Positions 1-13,612 of a stretch of 64,000 nucleotides of DNA are shown here, in pieces. Each line of letters opens with the position of its first letter. Within the stretch, counting starts at the first letter, position 1. The position numbers were made by a program, and so were the translations under genes. A model generated the notes under the pieces. It did not search any database, was not told the origin of the DNA, and was given only the letters and a program-made list of their open reading frames with translations. Source of the stretch: Octopus vulgaris (Eukaryota); the NCBI GenBank assembly GCA_951406725.2, contig OX597815.1, positions 136,586,001 through 136,650,000 on the forward strand. Direction: 5' to 3'.

Positions 1-756
1 ATCCAAATTAATGGTTTCCTACTTTAGGCAGAAAATCAGCAATTTTTAAGCGACGGTTTGGGTTAGTCCAGAACAGCGACCCCAATGTACACTGATACAT
101 TATGTTACCGATACTCACAAAGGAGAAAGAAACAAACTTTATTAAAAATCTGACTAAACACGGCTGAAATGCAGTTAATATCCTGTTAGTCAAATCCTAG
201 CTTTTATGGTTAAATCGATTTCATTAAATTCCACTTATGCCACTTAAGCTATTACGAATGTTATGAACGATGGACAATCTCATTTACTCCTCTTAATAAA
301 CCTGAATAATCGTGACATGTAAGAAATCAATACTCCAAAAGCCTGACATGTTGCAAATCTGTAAGGCAACACAACGTTATCCACAGCAGTATAGATCTAT
401 AGAGCAGTATTTCTAAATATTTTCAACAACTAATCATAGCGAAACGTCATCCAGAAGCAAAAGCCATAACCTACAATACTATTGCGACAATTTAGTGTGC
501 ATACACAGAGTCCAATTTTTCAATTTAGTGAAGTTATTTTATACATCTATATATGTGCACACTGACATATTAACGCTTGGTATGTACCGGACTTAGATCG
601 TGATGATTTCAGAAAAATAACATTTAAACTTAAGTTATGAGTTTTAATCACCACCAACTCAGTTATAAAGCATCGTTCTCTTCTAAATGTATCTGTAAGT
701 AAAGACAAGGTTTTGCAGGCTCTGCCTACCTCCACTGAAAAAACAAGCACAGGATC

Positions 757-1204
757 AGGCATGGTTTCGTGGTAGAACTTTGCTTTCAAGCTGAATGATC
801 GCAAGTTCGACCTCACTGCATGGCACCTAGGAGAAGTGTTTCTACTACAGCCATGTGTTTGGGTTTGATAGATGGAAACTAAAAGCCCATCGCATATATG
901 TATGTATGTATGTATGCATGTATGTATATATGTATGTATGTGCGTGTGTGTTATATTTGTGTCTGCATTGATGTATCTGTGTATCGTTGTGTTTCTCCCC
1001 ACTAACACCACCGCCATTTGACTAGTTGTGTTTTTTTAATTTTGTTTTTTGTACGTCCCTTAACGCAGCGATGTGACATAAAAGACTGATATGATGTGTA
1101 CAGGACGTTCAAATAATATTGTGGTTATTCTCTTCGGCTAAACCCTTCAAGTCGGTGCACCAACATGACTGCTGTGCACTGGCAAAACAATTAAAAGATA
1201 AAAG
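757..1204 (+). mobile_element. tRNA-derived CORE-type SINE, decayed, with internal (TATG)n
   Basis: A/B-box-like head (GGCATGGTTTCGTGGTAG ... GTTCGACCTCACTGC), CORE-like CACCTAGGAGAAGTGTTTCTACTA, colinear with the copy at 27935-28290, 3' tail GTCGGTGCACCAACATG. Confidence 0.75.
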
Positions 1205-2349
1205 GTTAAAATTCTGCCTGCTTTGTCAGACAAAAGTTCATATAGTGCACGTTTCTGACTTTCGAAATGGAAATGCATATCTCCCTCAAATAGACATGCA
1301 AATGTGTATGCGTATACGCGCGCATATATATAAATACATGCACACACACACACGCACACATATATATATATAAATCAAAATAAGCAACAAGGATATCCAA
1401 AGGTTATGCAGTACGATCGTTTCATGCAACTCCATTTAAATGAACAATGCTATCATTACATATATTTAAAATGTAGAGCAATCTTCAGCTGCACAAAGAC
1501 AAAGAATTTAGTTAAATTAGAACAGATGGACACATTAGTATAATCATACCTAAAATCTCCAAGAAGTTAAGGAGATAGGCAAAGAACATTTTGTCCCTAC
1601 ATCAGCATAGCCGTAACTATAACTTTCAATTAGACACTGCCTGTCACTGATTTTTTGTCTTTTTATGGGGTCATTTTTAATTTATAGTCTAGTTTATCAA
1701 ATCCCTTGTATATTTAAGGCTGAGAGAAACAGAGGGCAGTATCTGTTTGGGGTAGAGTTGAGAGAGTAGACAGGCATTCTAGATGGTATAGTCATAAAAA
1801 TCAAGATTTATTAGAAGCAATGTCATGAGATTTAGTAAGAGAAATTTAGAGTTAAGATAGCTCTTTTAGAATGAGTTTACATAGCTTTCAATAGAAATAC
1901 AAGGAATCCTATTGATCTTAATCTCTCGAGGACATACAAAATTCATTAGCTTCTAGCTCTATGGAAATGTTTGTTTATAATAAAATATTTCCAATAGATA
2001 ATTGAATAATTAATACATATATCATCAGACGAAAATAGAATAGGTCTCCAGAAATTAAAAAAAATCGAAGTTTTCTAACAAGAAATATTGAAATTTATTG
2101 CATTAATTTACGATATAAGAACTTCCTTCCGACAACACAAAATTCCAGCTTTCGGACAAAATATCTTCTGGATATTCTGTTAAATCCGACCTATGTGGAA
2201 ACATAACTGATTTTCTCTCTTCCTTGCCCCTTACCTCCCTTCTTTACCTTTTACAACTACTTCTACTCTCCTTGCTACTACTACCACCACTACAATGCAC
2301 TATCACCACCAACAACAACAACTGCACCGCCACAAACTGCATCATCGTA

Positions 2350-2350
<1 letters not shown>

Positions 2351-2416
<66 letters not shown>

Positions 2417-2441
2417 TTATTACTACTACTATTACTACTAC
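2351..2441. repeat. (ACT)n/(ATT)n microsatellite
   Basis: Direct reading; it explains the poly-T/V/Y ORFs at 2224-2498. Confidence 0.97.
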
Positions 2442-2539
2442 CGTATTTACAATTGTGCCTACTACTTGAAATGGAACCACTTTGATGTGAACTTGTGACT
2501 GTTTCGCGAGAAAATCTACTAAATACGGATCCGTTTAAA

Positions 2540-3315
2540 ACGGTGAAATCGTGAAATGGAATTATATCTCAATTGCCAGATTGACTTTGCTTAGATGTGC
2601 CAATATCTCGATCTAATAAACATTCTCTTCTTTGTAAAAATATGTTCAGTGATAAAACTTTTCAAATGATCTCTTTTTCAAGTGATTCATCTATAATTGT
2701 ATATGACAATCTTCTTGCTCTTCGATGGAAAGAAGACCATTTTGTTAATGATTAAACCATACTTTCTGACAGTCTGCTTATGACTACATATTTATATTGG
2801 CAGCCTTTTTCTAATCCACATTAATGGAAGCTCAATCAAGGATAATTTCTCATTGTATTGTCCATAGAAGCTACTAAACCGTTGCTAGATATTTACCAAT
2901 TACAGATATGCATGCTCAAAACATTGTTAATCCGTTACACTGTATATGTACTGATTGAATAAAGAAACCACTGTGATTCCTCATTAAGCATTGCTGTTAT
3001 CATTCTAGATTGGTAAATGATGAAAAAAAGGACTAAACATGAAAAACGAGGCGGGAAAAGTTATTCCTAAATGCTCTTGACACTTCATAACCGAGCTTAA
3101 TTAATCTTTTGAATGCTACTTCAGGGATTGGCACATCATAAATGAAATGATTTTGATGTCGATTCTTTCATAGACTGCAGTTCCAACCATAAAGCTAAAA
3201 TTCCTTCCTTCCGTCTACAGTGAATGTTATTGATCATGTTTTGTCTAGAAACAACAAATTTAATAGGTACACCAACCCACAATGATATCAGAAGCGAAGA
3301 AAGTTCAATCGGTGG
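2540..3315 (-). mobile_element. Highly decayed LINE (RTE-like) reverse transcriptase relic
   Basis: Minus-strand fragments in RT order: PIELSSLL (cf. RPISLLS), IYQSRMITAMLNEESQWF, VRKYGLIINK (cf. GL.IN..KT). Many stops and frameshifts. Confidence 0.3.
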
Positions 3316-3431
3316 ATTTGTATTTCATGCTAATTATAGTCCTAAGTATTCAAAGCAGGCAGATCTAAGAAATTAATAAACTCAATATGTAACTAAAAAC
3401 ACTTGACGTGATGAGTTCTCTTTATATCGAA

Positions 3432-3661
3432 GTCCTAGGAGTCATAGGGCCACTTACCCGGTTCCCATAGCATATAAGGGACTACTATCACTTTAGGCAA
3501 ATTAAGGGTCTGTCAGGCCATCGCAGGGTCACTCATTTATAGCTGAGTGTACTGGGGTGAGTGAATTGAAGTAGCTTGCTCAAGAACACAGCACACCTCC
3601 CTGTCAGAGAATCGAGCCCGTGATCATGCGATCGTCAATGCAATACACTAAGCTAGTTACC
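3432..3661 (-). mobile_element. tRNA-derived CORE-type SINE
   Basis: Reverse complement has B-box-like GGGCTCGATTC, then TGTGTTCTTGAGCAAGCTACTT...CACTCAGCTATAAATGAG, a core shared with 15978 and 63080. Confidence 0.75.
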
Positions 3662-4469
3662 TTCCAATATAGTATACAGAATTACCCTACATGACAGCGG
3701 ATTATTCGAAATAATCAAGGTGAACAAAAGTTATGGAAAAGACATTGGTGAAATCCTTCAGTGGCCTCCACTGTTGAGACTATCAAAATATAACGCGTGG
3801 AAAATTCTTAAGATATGAATAACATTTTTCCGATTTTAATAACTTCACAACAGTCCTACACGATTAGCTAGTTATGACGTCTTGTTTATCAGCACGTATC
3901 ATTTTAAAACAAACCATTAACTTATGAACTAGTTTTCGAAAATATGTGTATGCTGTTCTGAGAAATGCTACAATTTTGTGGTTAGACATTTTGGTTAAAA
4001 CCTTACATTTCAAAAATGAGAATGCACTAAAAGCTCTAGAAATGCGTATTTACCACAGACGTATTTCACAATAATTTTCTTCGTTTGTAAATGCTGTTAA
4101 CATAATGTTTTACGTTCCCAACGAGAATACTTGTTTCTTTTTCATGCTCTTAAATTGTTTATCATTTCAGTACCACATCTGGAATGTGAACAGGCAACAA
4201 GTGATAAGACAATCACACATGCGTGTAAAAGGAAACGTCAAGTTAAGTAATATAAGTACCTTAAAGTAATGAAACTATTTACTAAAATGAGGGGCTTAAG
4301 ACAAATAAAAATATTAAATTTAAAAGTTCGACAGTTACAAAATAAAACGAAAAAAATGCTAAAGTAAAAATATAACAGAATCCTAGACAGCAGCCCAGCA
4401 TGCAAACAGGAAACTTATTAGTATTTTACCACCTGCTGGATATTTATGAAGCAATGCTGCTGAACCCAA

Positions 4470-4585
4470 ACGATTAATGTGTAAAGCATGTGAATTCGCA
4501 GAGCAAACAAATAAAATATGACTGTGCTCACTGCGCAACTATTTTTTGTAATAGTGGTTCATTATGTTTTGCTAGCCACTTCTTT
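4470..4585 (+). mobile_element. piggyBac-like transposase C-terminal cysteine-rich domain relic
   Basis: RLMCKAC, frameshift, then KYDCAHCATIFCNSGSLCFASH; matches the piggyBac spacing CxxC...Y.CxxC...C...CF..H. Confidence 0.4.
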
Positions 4586-6085
4586 ACAGGATATCAATTA
4601 TAAAGAAATCCCCTGCGTGAATACTTAAATAGTTCCTCTCAAAGAAGTGATCATATAACTATGCAATAAACGTCTTGTTTACGAAGTGAATAAGATTATC
4701 AGGGAAAGCTGAATATGTCACTGAGTTTAATTCTGTTTAACTGATTCAATTACAAGATTTCAATATCTTACTTTATAATTGTACGTTCTAGAACCTCATC
4801 GTATCATTTGATATAAGTAACAACTAAATTAGCATTAAGCAGATAATATACTTAACGTTTCTATATTAGATATTAAAAAATATCTCATCGACATCTTGAT
4901 TAGCTTTTATAAGGTGTGTTGATGTCAAAACGTAATTAACATATTAACTTTGATCAGTTAACTTTTAAACACAGCTTCCTTTCAATGTTTTTTGTTCATT
5001 TACAAACTATTGTTTCACTGATACTTCTATGCAGTGGTTAGTATATTTATTATAAATATATCGTCGTAAATTTGGAGAAACCATAAAGAAGTTCTATTTC
5101 TGTAGATGAATTTTCTAATGGAAAGAATGTTATAGAAAATTCGGAAATTATTCACAGAAAGAGATTTTTAAAACCTTCTCTCACAACTACGTGGGTGATC
5201 ATAGATTTCGTATTTTTTAATGCATAAAAGCCGCCAGCAGATTTGAAATTGTTAAACGGTTAATTACTGGTAAAGTTTATGCTTTGATTCATATATTCCT
5301 TTACTGTGCGTTGATGTTTGGCTTATATTTCACTAGCAATAAACCTTCTATATTTAATATCGTTTTTATTTTATGTGTGTGGGCGTGTGAGTGAGTGAGT
5401 GATTGCGTGTGTGTGTATGTGTGTGTTTGTGTGTGCGTGGGTGTGCGTATGTGTGTGTGGAACTGTATAGAAGTTGCAGTATTCACAACAGATGTTTTTC
5501 TATACAATGATGTATCTTACATTACACTGTACTGAGAGGTTCACAGACGCGAGTGACGAAGACGTGCTATACGTCTGTATTAGATATTCCCCTTTAAAAG
5601 CTCGGTTCAGGGGACCCTGAAAGGACACCCGAAGCGAGCATTCAGATAGCTAGAGTCAATAGGTGGTCTAAAACCTAGAGCAAACATACCTACATTCACA
5701 TGTATATATTAAGAAAGTTAGCTTCTTAATGATCTGTACACTAAGTATGTATATAATTCAGTTTTGATATAAAATGTGTAACCATTGCTTTCTATGTGAG
5801 CAATCAGCTTCTTTGTTTTGTGGGTGGCAAACAAGTTGTACTACTACAGATTTGTGTTTGTACATTAAAAGCATTATATACACAATGCAACCATTTAATT
5901 ATTTTATTTATACTGAGTATTTCAGAGTAGGCTGCTATTGAAATCTCAACTTTAGAGCAACTCAAGTTTTGTATTTGTGGAACACGTCAAAATGAAAGAA
6001 CATCGATAGATGTTGAATTCTTCACTGTCCACGGGACTTTAATTTGGAGTGGAGTAAAAGTCTTACCATATGTAAATAACAGAAT

Positions 6086-6730
6086 GTGTCCTCCACTATC
6101 CATGTCCTTATCTCCTCTTCCCGTCTTCCGCCACCGCTTCCAACCTCAATATCTGCACCTCTGGCACCCCCACAATTTACTTCCACCCTAAAATCCACAA
6201 ACCTTACAACCCTGGCCGCTCCATCGTCTCCACCTGCACCTGCTCCACCGAACTCATCTCCCGATATTTTGACCGTATCATTGACCCCCCCCCCTAGTGG
6301 CTTTCCTCCACTTTCACATCCATGACACCAACCATGCGCTTCGTTTGTTCAACTCTTTCTCCTTCCCTCCTGGCTCTTCTAAACTTCTCTTCACTCTCGA
6401 CATCCAGAGCCTTTACACGGTGATCCTTCACCACCAGGGGCTGCCTACACTCCAACATTTCATTGACCTTCGACCCAACCCCCAACCTGACACATCCACA
6501 CCCGTTCGTCTGACCGAACTTGTCCTCTCACTCAACTGCTTCTTGTTCACGGGTGATTTTTACCAGCAGTTCTCGGGAGTGGCCATGGGAATGAGAATCG
6601 GTCCTAACTATGCGAACCTGTCCGTTGGCTACGTTGAGGCCCAAATGTTCTCAAGTTTCACTGGTCCCACTCCCGAACCATACAGCCGTTACATTGACGA
6701 GTGTATCGGTGCGACCTGACTCTCCCGCGA
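6086..6730 (+). mobile_element. Penelope-like element RT fragment (frameshifted)
   Basis: PTIYFHPKIHKPYNPGRSIVS...TELISRYFD, then LFTLDIQSLYT, FYQQFSGVAMG..IGPNYANL, RYIDE: the PLE RT motifs in order. A decayed GIY-YIG C-terminus may follow to about 6990. Confidence 0.92.
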
Positions 6731-7246
6731 ACAGGGCGTGAGCGAGTACGGCGAGTGCCTCGTTACGAATTCCATCTGTTTCTCTCGGTTGTAAGTACTG
6801 TCTATCACGCTGCCAATATATGTGTTTCGGTGTCCTTCCCTTCAAAATGCCAACACAGCTATTCTTCTGTCAATCCTCATCCTTGCTGATTTGTTAGTGT
6901 TGAGGATGTGTCCCGCCGTTCGCAAGATGAACTTCACGAGGAAAATCATTTGGTGTTACATTGCCTTTCGACCTTCAAGTTTCAATAAAATAAAATATGA
7001 GCAATTATCATTTAATCTATTTGACAAAAACTTAATATGTTATTTAGAAACGTGTTGTAAATTATGTTACAGAAAGTGTGTTGGTGCGTGTTATGTTTGT
7101 CCTACAAAAAGGAAACTGAATTTTTAAAACACGACGGAACACACCACTCACGGAGTGTTCGGAACTGCTGTGTAGTGTATAGGTAATCTTAACACTTAAT
7201 CTAATAACAGCCATTCTCATGCTTCCTCTACATCTCTATCCATCTT

Positions 7247-7251
<5 letters not shown>

Positions 7252-7341
<90 letters not shown>
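7252..7341. repeat. (CT)n microsatellite
   Basis: Direct reading. Confidence 0.97.
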
Positions 7342-7342
<1 letters not shown>

Positions 7343-8774
7343 GTAATTTAAATATTCCTATCCTTAAAATACAAAATAGTTCAGTGGCAGTTACCGATAT
7401 GCTTTTAACTTCTTGGTTTTCTTTATTGTAATATCAATCCAACGGCGTTTGAATTCGCATCTATGAAAATATATCTCTTGGAATATTCTCTTTTAACCTC
7501 AGAACCTGCATCTTTTAGCAAAACCCACCATGCCAAATGTCGTTTATGTTTATCTCTTTAGTATTCCAGTTCTTAATATTTCACATATGCGACTACTATT
7601 CAGTGGTCATTGTAACTGACAATGTCTTTGGCAGTGGTTGTTAACCTGGTGTAATACTTTCCTATATACTCCAGCAGAAATGTCGCATCACATTAGTTTT
7701 CTGTTCCTTTCGTCCTTAGTCCACAATACTATGCACGTACTCCCATATAATATGTTCCCGTCAATGAAACAGCGACATTTTATAAAAAGGGAAGTTTTTT
7801 TAAACTACTGAAAGTATATTAGCAGTACCTTCGATTTTCAAAACGCAAGGGGATATTTTTTTTTACCCTGCTGTTTCTTCGATAAAGTCATCAGGGAAAA
7901 GGAAGAATACTTGTGAAGACATTTCCCACATCTATTTGTATCCGAAATTCTCTCACGGATTATACTAATGGCTTTCAACTGTAACAATATATTCATTAAT
8001 TTCGTTGCTGTTTTTGTTGTTGGATTGGAGTGTGTGAAATATTTTTTCTGCGTTCTAAAATTATAATTCTTCCGAATAATGAAAATGATATGGTAGCTTG
8101 TGTAAGTGTTGTTTTTCAATTTATGATGTCGTTGTTAGCAAAACATTGAAAAATATATCCGCCCCGCTTTCGGAACACAGTTGTAAATGTAACAACTACG
8201 CAGTTATAAAAGTAACCACAAATACAGTCGAATATTTATATTGTTGTATAAATTAAAAGAAAAATAATTAAAAAATCAAATATATAAAAACAGCATTTCT
8301 TATTTATTCTACATTATTCTAAATGTGAACATTTAAGAGGTCCAAGTACTAAAGATCAATTAATGTAATATTGCATTAAGTAAAACTCATAACATAATAA
8401 GTCTTTCCAGACTTCACTTAGAGACGTTTGCTTATGAGTAACCAAAGCCAACGATATCAAAAGCAATTTCTATGAGAAAAGCAGATGATGCAAAAGAAAG
8501 AAGACAAAAAACAAGAAGCAGATGATCATGGAACGGTATCAAATATAAGTAGTGCATTTCAAATGCGCGTAATTAACTAAAGCATCAAGGGTCACATTAA
8601 TACCAAACAACATTTTTTAGCATACCGGAAAAAATGAAAATATTTACAAATACGAACTGCATCATGTAGCCCAAATTTGAAAGGAGAATACGTTATACGA
8701 ATGTTATGCATAATAAATATGAATATTAGAATAATGAACTGACAGAATAGTAAACACGCAGGACAAATATAACT

Positions 8775-8934
8775 AGCAGCATTTCGTCCGTCGCTGTGTT
8801 CTGAGTTCAAATAATGCCGAGGTCGACTTTGCAATTTATCTTTTACCTTATATAAATACTTGTTGAGCACTTGGGTCGATGTTATCAAAATACCCCGCAC
8901 TCGAAACTGCTGGCCTTGTGCCAGTATTTGAAAC
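8775..8934 (+). mobile_element. tRNA-derived SINE with GGTCGACTTTGC(C)TTTCATCC central domain (Meta/MESC-like; name from memory)
   Basis: CTGAGTTCAAAT B-box, GAGGTCGACTTTGC, tail GCTGGCCTTGTGCCAGTATTTGAAAC; same family as 11623, 36470 and 59080. Confidence 0.8.
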
Positions 8935-11249
8935 TAATAAATATGAACATCGATCGTACAAAAATGGACATTATGGGAAAATAATTGTAAAAAGCCTATG
9001 AAATAGAGATTTTCTAAATTAGGGGCCAGTAATTGTACATAATATATAGGAAAGGCAAAAATAGATACGAAAAGAATTCCGTTTATGTTTTTATTGACAC
9101 AAACTCCTACCAAATAGAAAACACAGTACACCCGTATGAATTTAAGATTTATGTTGAAATTTAAACATACTTGTTGACTTAAGACGCATTTACAAAGCTA
9201 AACAAATATGCAAAAATTGAAATTGAATACACAGTAGAAAGGAAGAGAGAGAAAATCAACGAAGCAAATAATTACTCCCAAAATGCAGTCTACGTAGTTA
9301 CGGCTAATAACTTCAAATAAATTGAATTGTTAAAAATAGAGAAATTGAAGCCCTTGGATAAAAACAAATAGAGAAATAACGAACGAAAGTAATACACAAA
9401 GTTATGGAAACAAAAAGCAAAGGAATATCCGAAGATGTAATAAATATAGATACTACAACGACGGATATTAATATGACAAAAATTTAAAGGTGGACATAAA
9501 GCATTAAATAAAGGATTTTCCTTTCGTATAATGAAATTATCTGCAGAAGTTAGAACCGCTCGATGAAATATCAACAAAAATTAAAAAAATTAAACTTACT
9601 CATCGCATAGAAGCACGAATATCAATAATTCAGACAACATAATATGCACAACTGTCACATTACTTTACATCATATAGGTGTATATATATACATCATATAG
9701 GTGTATATACCATTACTTTACATCATATAGGTGTATAAAAATCAGCAATCAACATACAAAAATGGCTGTAAATAAAAGAAAACGTGTCCCTGTTATTAAC
9801 GAAACTATATAAATAGGCGCTAAATGCGGTGAAATATAGCCCAAATCATTTTATCTCAAATAAAAGGATAATTAAAGCAACAGTTACTCGCTCCATTGCA
9901 GACATTCCGTCTGAAAAGTAACTTGGTTTTTTTCTAAAAAAAGCACACGGAAATGTTTGAGACCAAACCGTGTTCTATTTAAAATCGGATGAAAGGAGCA
10001 AAGATCAATGCAGTATCAAAGTTGTAGACAATTCTGGGAGGAAGTATGGAAATCAAAGTTTCACAGCGGAAAGATTTTTTTTTAAAACGAAGAACATAAC
10101 ACTTGAAAATTTATGGCGGCCATATTAACGTAAGAAACTCTAAGCTCTAAAATAACAAAATATTTGGAAATAATATGAAGCTAAGCTTCTGACTGAAATA
10201 TTTAGCAGTGACATAATATATAATAGTAAATAATCTTGGTAAGAAACTGAAAGAGCCACGGATTACAAATTTCTAATTCATTGAAGAGAACGTATTCTAA
10301 TCACAAAATAAAATAAATGGCATACACTAAACGAAAATGAAGGCTAATAATTTGCATTCATATACTGTAACAATATTTCAAGTAAAATATATCTGGGAAA
10401 ATTTTCCTATGAAATAAAATCCTGTTCTAATGAGTATAGAGTGTTGTTCAAAAACAATGTTTCATCCCAGAACACTTGATAATTGCAATTAGATTCCCAA
10501 AGAGCAATAGATATATATCATACAAAAGAGGCATTAAAAAGAATTCGTAACAACATATAAGAACTGAGCTATTAGTAAACAAAAATACTCCACATGTAGA
10601 GAGTATAAAACTTAAGGTTAAAATATTTGACACAGTAAACTACGATGACAGACCCCATACACTTAGAAGGGGAAACTAAATCCTGAAGTACTAGTATTAA
10701 ACCGTAGCACATCAACAGAATAGATGAAGTAAATACTGAACAAGAAGAACACTAACTGAAATATATCTAACGAAATGTGAAAAATATTTAAGAATAAAAA
10801 GTTCTAAGTAACAATAGGAGAAAATGAAAACGGAAAAGAGTAGGCGAATAGAAAAGAAACAATATAGCGATAGCAACAACGTCAAGAGCAATAGAGGAAT
10901 AAGAATGAAAGAATCTACTAATACGAGCCATCTAAAATCGAGTATAAATGAAGCAGTTTTAAGGTAGCATCAATATATAAAAAACAGGAATAGTTTATAT
11001 CGATGTTTATCTATTAATGACATTGTATTAAAAGGCCTTTATAATTTAATTTTGTAATATAATTCAGATCTCCATTCGTTGTTTTTCTCAAACAGACATT
11101 TAAATTATGACTACAGATTTTCAGATAAACGCTTCAAAAACATCTTCACGTGATTAGTAGTCGCTGCAATTTATAATAAAAATGAGTAAGTTTGTGCGCG
11201 CACGCGCACACGCACACACATGAACATATGTATACCTACAAATACGCAT

Positions 11250-11610
11250 ACGTGGACTCAAGGAGACTGTAGCTATGGAGTCGCCAATCAATTGGTTTTG
11301 GGAGATTCTTATCTTCTTGAAAGTGAGAAGAGGTGGGAAAAGTTCAATGAGTGACATTTGGAAGTTGCAGATAACTGTGAGTTTCATAGAAATGGACAAT
11401 GGGAGGACAAACAGAGTCAAAACAGGTTTGTAGGTATTTGTAGGTATGTGTAGGTATGTTAGGGGAGCAGTGTTTATTCGATGGCTTGAGAGTGGTGGAG
11501 GACGTGCTCATCGATCGAGTATGCGTTGATTGAGGATGAATCGTTGAATTTTTTTTCACGTAAGGTTTCGAAATCAAAATCTTTGTAACGAAGTCGACCA
11601 CGAGTGAAGA
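11250..11610 (-). mobile_element. Decayed PLE, post-RT region
   Basis: Minus-strand DFDFET... and LFPPLLTFKKIRISQNQLI resemble the PLE linker PPL.SF.R..NL...LV. Confidence 0.5.
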
Positions 11611-11622
11611 ATGGGAAAATAT

Positions 11623-12001
11623 TCTTTTCTACTCTAGGCACAAGGTCCGAAATTTTGTGGGACGGGGCCAGTCAATTAGATCGACCCCAGTACGCAACTG
11701 GTGCTTAATTGATCGACACCAAAAGGATGAAAGGCAAAGTCGACCTTGACGGAATTTGAGCTCGGAACGTAAACACTGACAAAATACCTATTTCTTTACT
11801 ACTCACAAGCACAGAGAGGACAAACAAGGACAGACAAACGGATTAAGTCGATTATATCGACCCCAGTGCGTAACTGGCACTTGTTTAATCGACCCCGAAA
11901 AGATGAAAGGCAAAGTCGACCTCTACAGAATTTGAACTCAGAACGTAACGGCAGACAAAATACCGCTAAGCGTGCAAAAGTTTCTGCCAGCAGGCCACCT
12001 T
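11623..12001 (-). mobile_element. Dimeric (tandem) tRNA-derived SINE
   Basis: Two head-to-tail units (about 11680-11790 and 11855-11965), each TCGACCCCAGT...GATGAAAGGCAAAGTCGACCT...GAATTTGA.CTC.GAACGTAA; possible degenerate TSD AGAATgggaAAATATT / AGAATaagaGAATATT. Confidence 0.88.
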
Positions 12002-12009
12002 AGAATAAG

Positions 12010-12520
12010 AGAATATTATAATTGATATGGTGTGCTTAAGATGAGTGAAGGTAGGCTTTGGTGTTATTGGAAAGTAGTAGATTGATGCGGACAGATAGAT
12101 ACTGTTGATGGCGAGAGTGACGACTTAGAAGTTAAAATGAGTATTCAATATAGTACAGAGGAATTCTTATCAGGTAGAGGTAACAAATGAAAAAACATTA
12201 TCAACTTGGTGTCTAAGTAGCACGGTAATACCAACTGTATTATCCACCGTACAGCTCTTGGACAAAGGTCTAATCTGTGATGGGGCCAACAAAGATGTTT
12301 ACAACAATGATGGCATTGTAGCTCCTACAGAGCTGCTTAAAAAATTCACTTGAAAAGAGGAAATAAATCAGAGCGAGGACGTGTTTAGCCTAACAGAGAA
12401 CCTTGGTAGTTCTAGGAAGATTGGTGTGGGTGGGAAATATATAAGGGCTGAATGAACATTTGTTGGAAGGAGTTGTATATTCTAATGTGATATGATGTCC
12501 ATGGTGAAAATAGTGGCACA
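12010..12520 (-). mobile_element. Decayed PLE RT (continues 11250-11610, split by the SINE)
   Basis: Minus-strand IFTMDIIS and AKHVLALIYFLFSSEFFKQL parallel LFTLDIQS and TELVLSLNCFLFTGDFYQQ in the 6297 ORF. Confidence 0.55.
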
Positions 12521-12819
12521 TTTTTCCGCGTCTGTGGCTCCTGGTCACACGTACACGAATGATGTAAAACACTTGTACATCGTTATTTTGAGCCTCATGT
12601 ACATTTATAAAAAGGACCTTTACTCGAAACGCCACAACATCTATTCTCAACTGCTTATGAACTTAATACTGTGTATTGTATTTTCACATATGCGCAAATG
12701 CTTTCCTATGTATAGCTATATATAAACAAAGATAACTTGAAGGACCATTATGTGTTTTACAGAAGTGCAAAATGAGTTACTTAACGAGCCCATAACATGC
12801 GTGACCTCCTGGTGCACAG

Positions 12820-13240
12820 TTTCCTCCCTACCCATGCCTCCCACCCGGGGTCTTTCCCCTGCTCCCGCCCACGCTATCGCATCTAACACTAACTCTCCAA
12901 CACCACCAAGCTCACTGGCACCCATCACCATCTCTGTTACATCACCGACTTCTTTACATGCACATTTAGTTATTTAATCCATCTCCTGCTCTCCCTATCC
13001 TTCCCTGTACATTTCTCAAACGGTATACCGCTTGGCTGACAGGTTGGCGGAGTGCCTCCGAGACATCAGACTCGGCAATGACACCGCGGTTTCACGCCAC
13101 TTTTGCTCTACTGGTCATTCATTATAACATCTACCTATGTTCGGAATGTCTCTGCACAGAAGCCACCCGAACTCCCGCTTTCACCGTAAACAAGAATTAA
13201 TCTTCTCTCTTCCTTTTTTGGACTGTATGGGTTCAATGCA
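12820..13240 (+). mobile_element. PLE GIY-YIG endonuclease relic (Neptune-like)
   Basis: PGSFPCSRPR...DFFTCT..LIH.ISCS..PSLYISQTVYRLADRLAECLRDIRLGNDTAVSRHFCSTGHS...RKQELIFSL. Confidence 0.8.
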
Positions 13241-13612
13241 TTACCTCTCTATATCTGACACCGACCCCACACGGATCGCCACACACCTCCCACAGTCAAC
13301 TTCCCCCTCTCCTACACACCTACATACCACATAACCCGGAACCCTCAGCACACACACCGCCATACAAGCACACATACACACTGTTCAAGACATTACTCAT
13401 TACTTAACTCAGTAAACACATCACACACCATCATGCACACACCCACACAATCGCATGACACCTGAACATAGACAATATATACACATACTTACAGCGCACA
13501 TAAACACACGCCAGAAGCATAGACAAAGATAACAATCACCTACAAACATACACTATACACATAAACACTATTTCCTCAGAGACACAGACAGACACACAGA
13601 CACACAATACGC

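Noticed and set aside
547-1017. 156-aa minus-strand ORF
   Set aside because: Largely antisense to a SINE and a (TATG)n tract.
9656-9737. Three copies of CATCATATAGGTGTATA as a CRISPR-like array
   Set aside because: Simple local tandem duplication; no unique spacers, no cas genes, eukaryotic context.
8940-10950. A-rich strand-biased stretch as an old LINE
   Set aside because: Plausible, but I could not recover diagnostic motifs.
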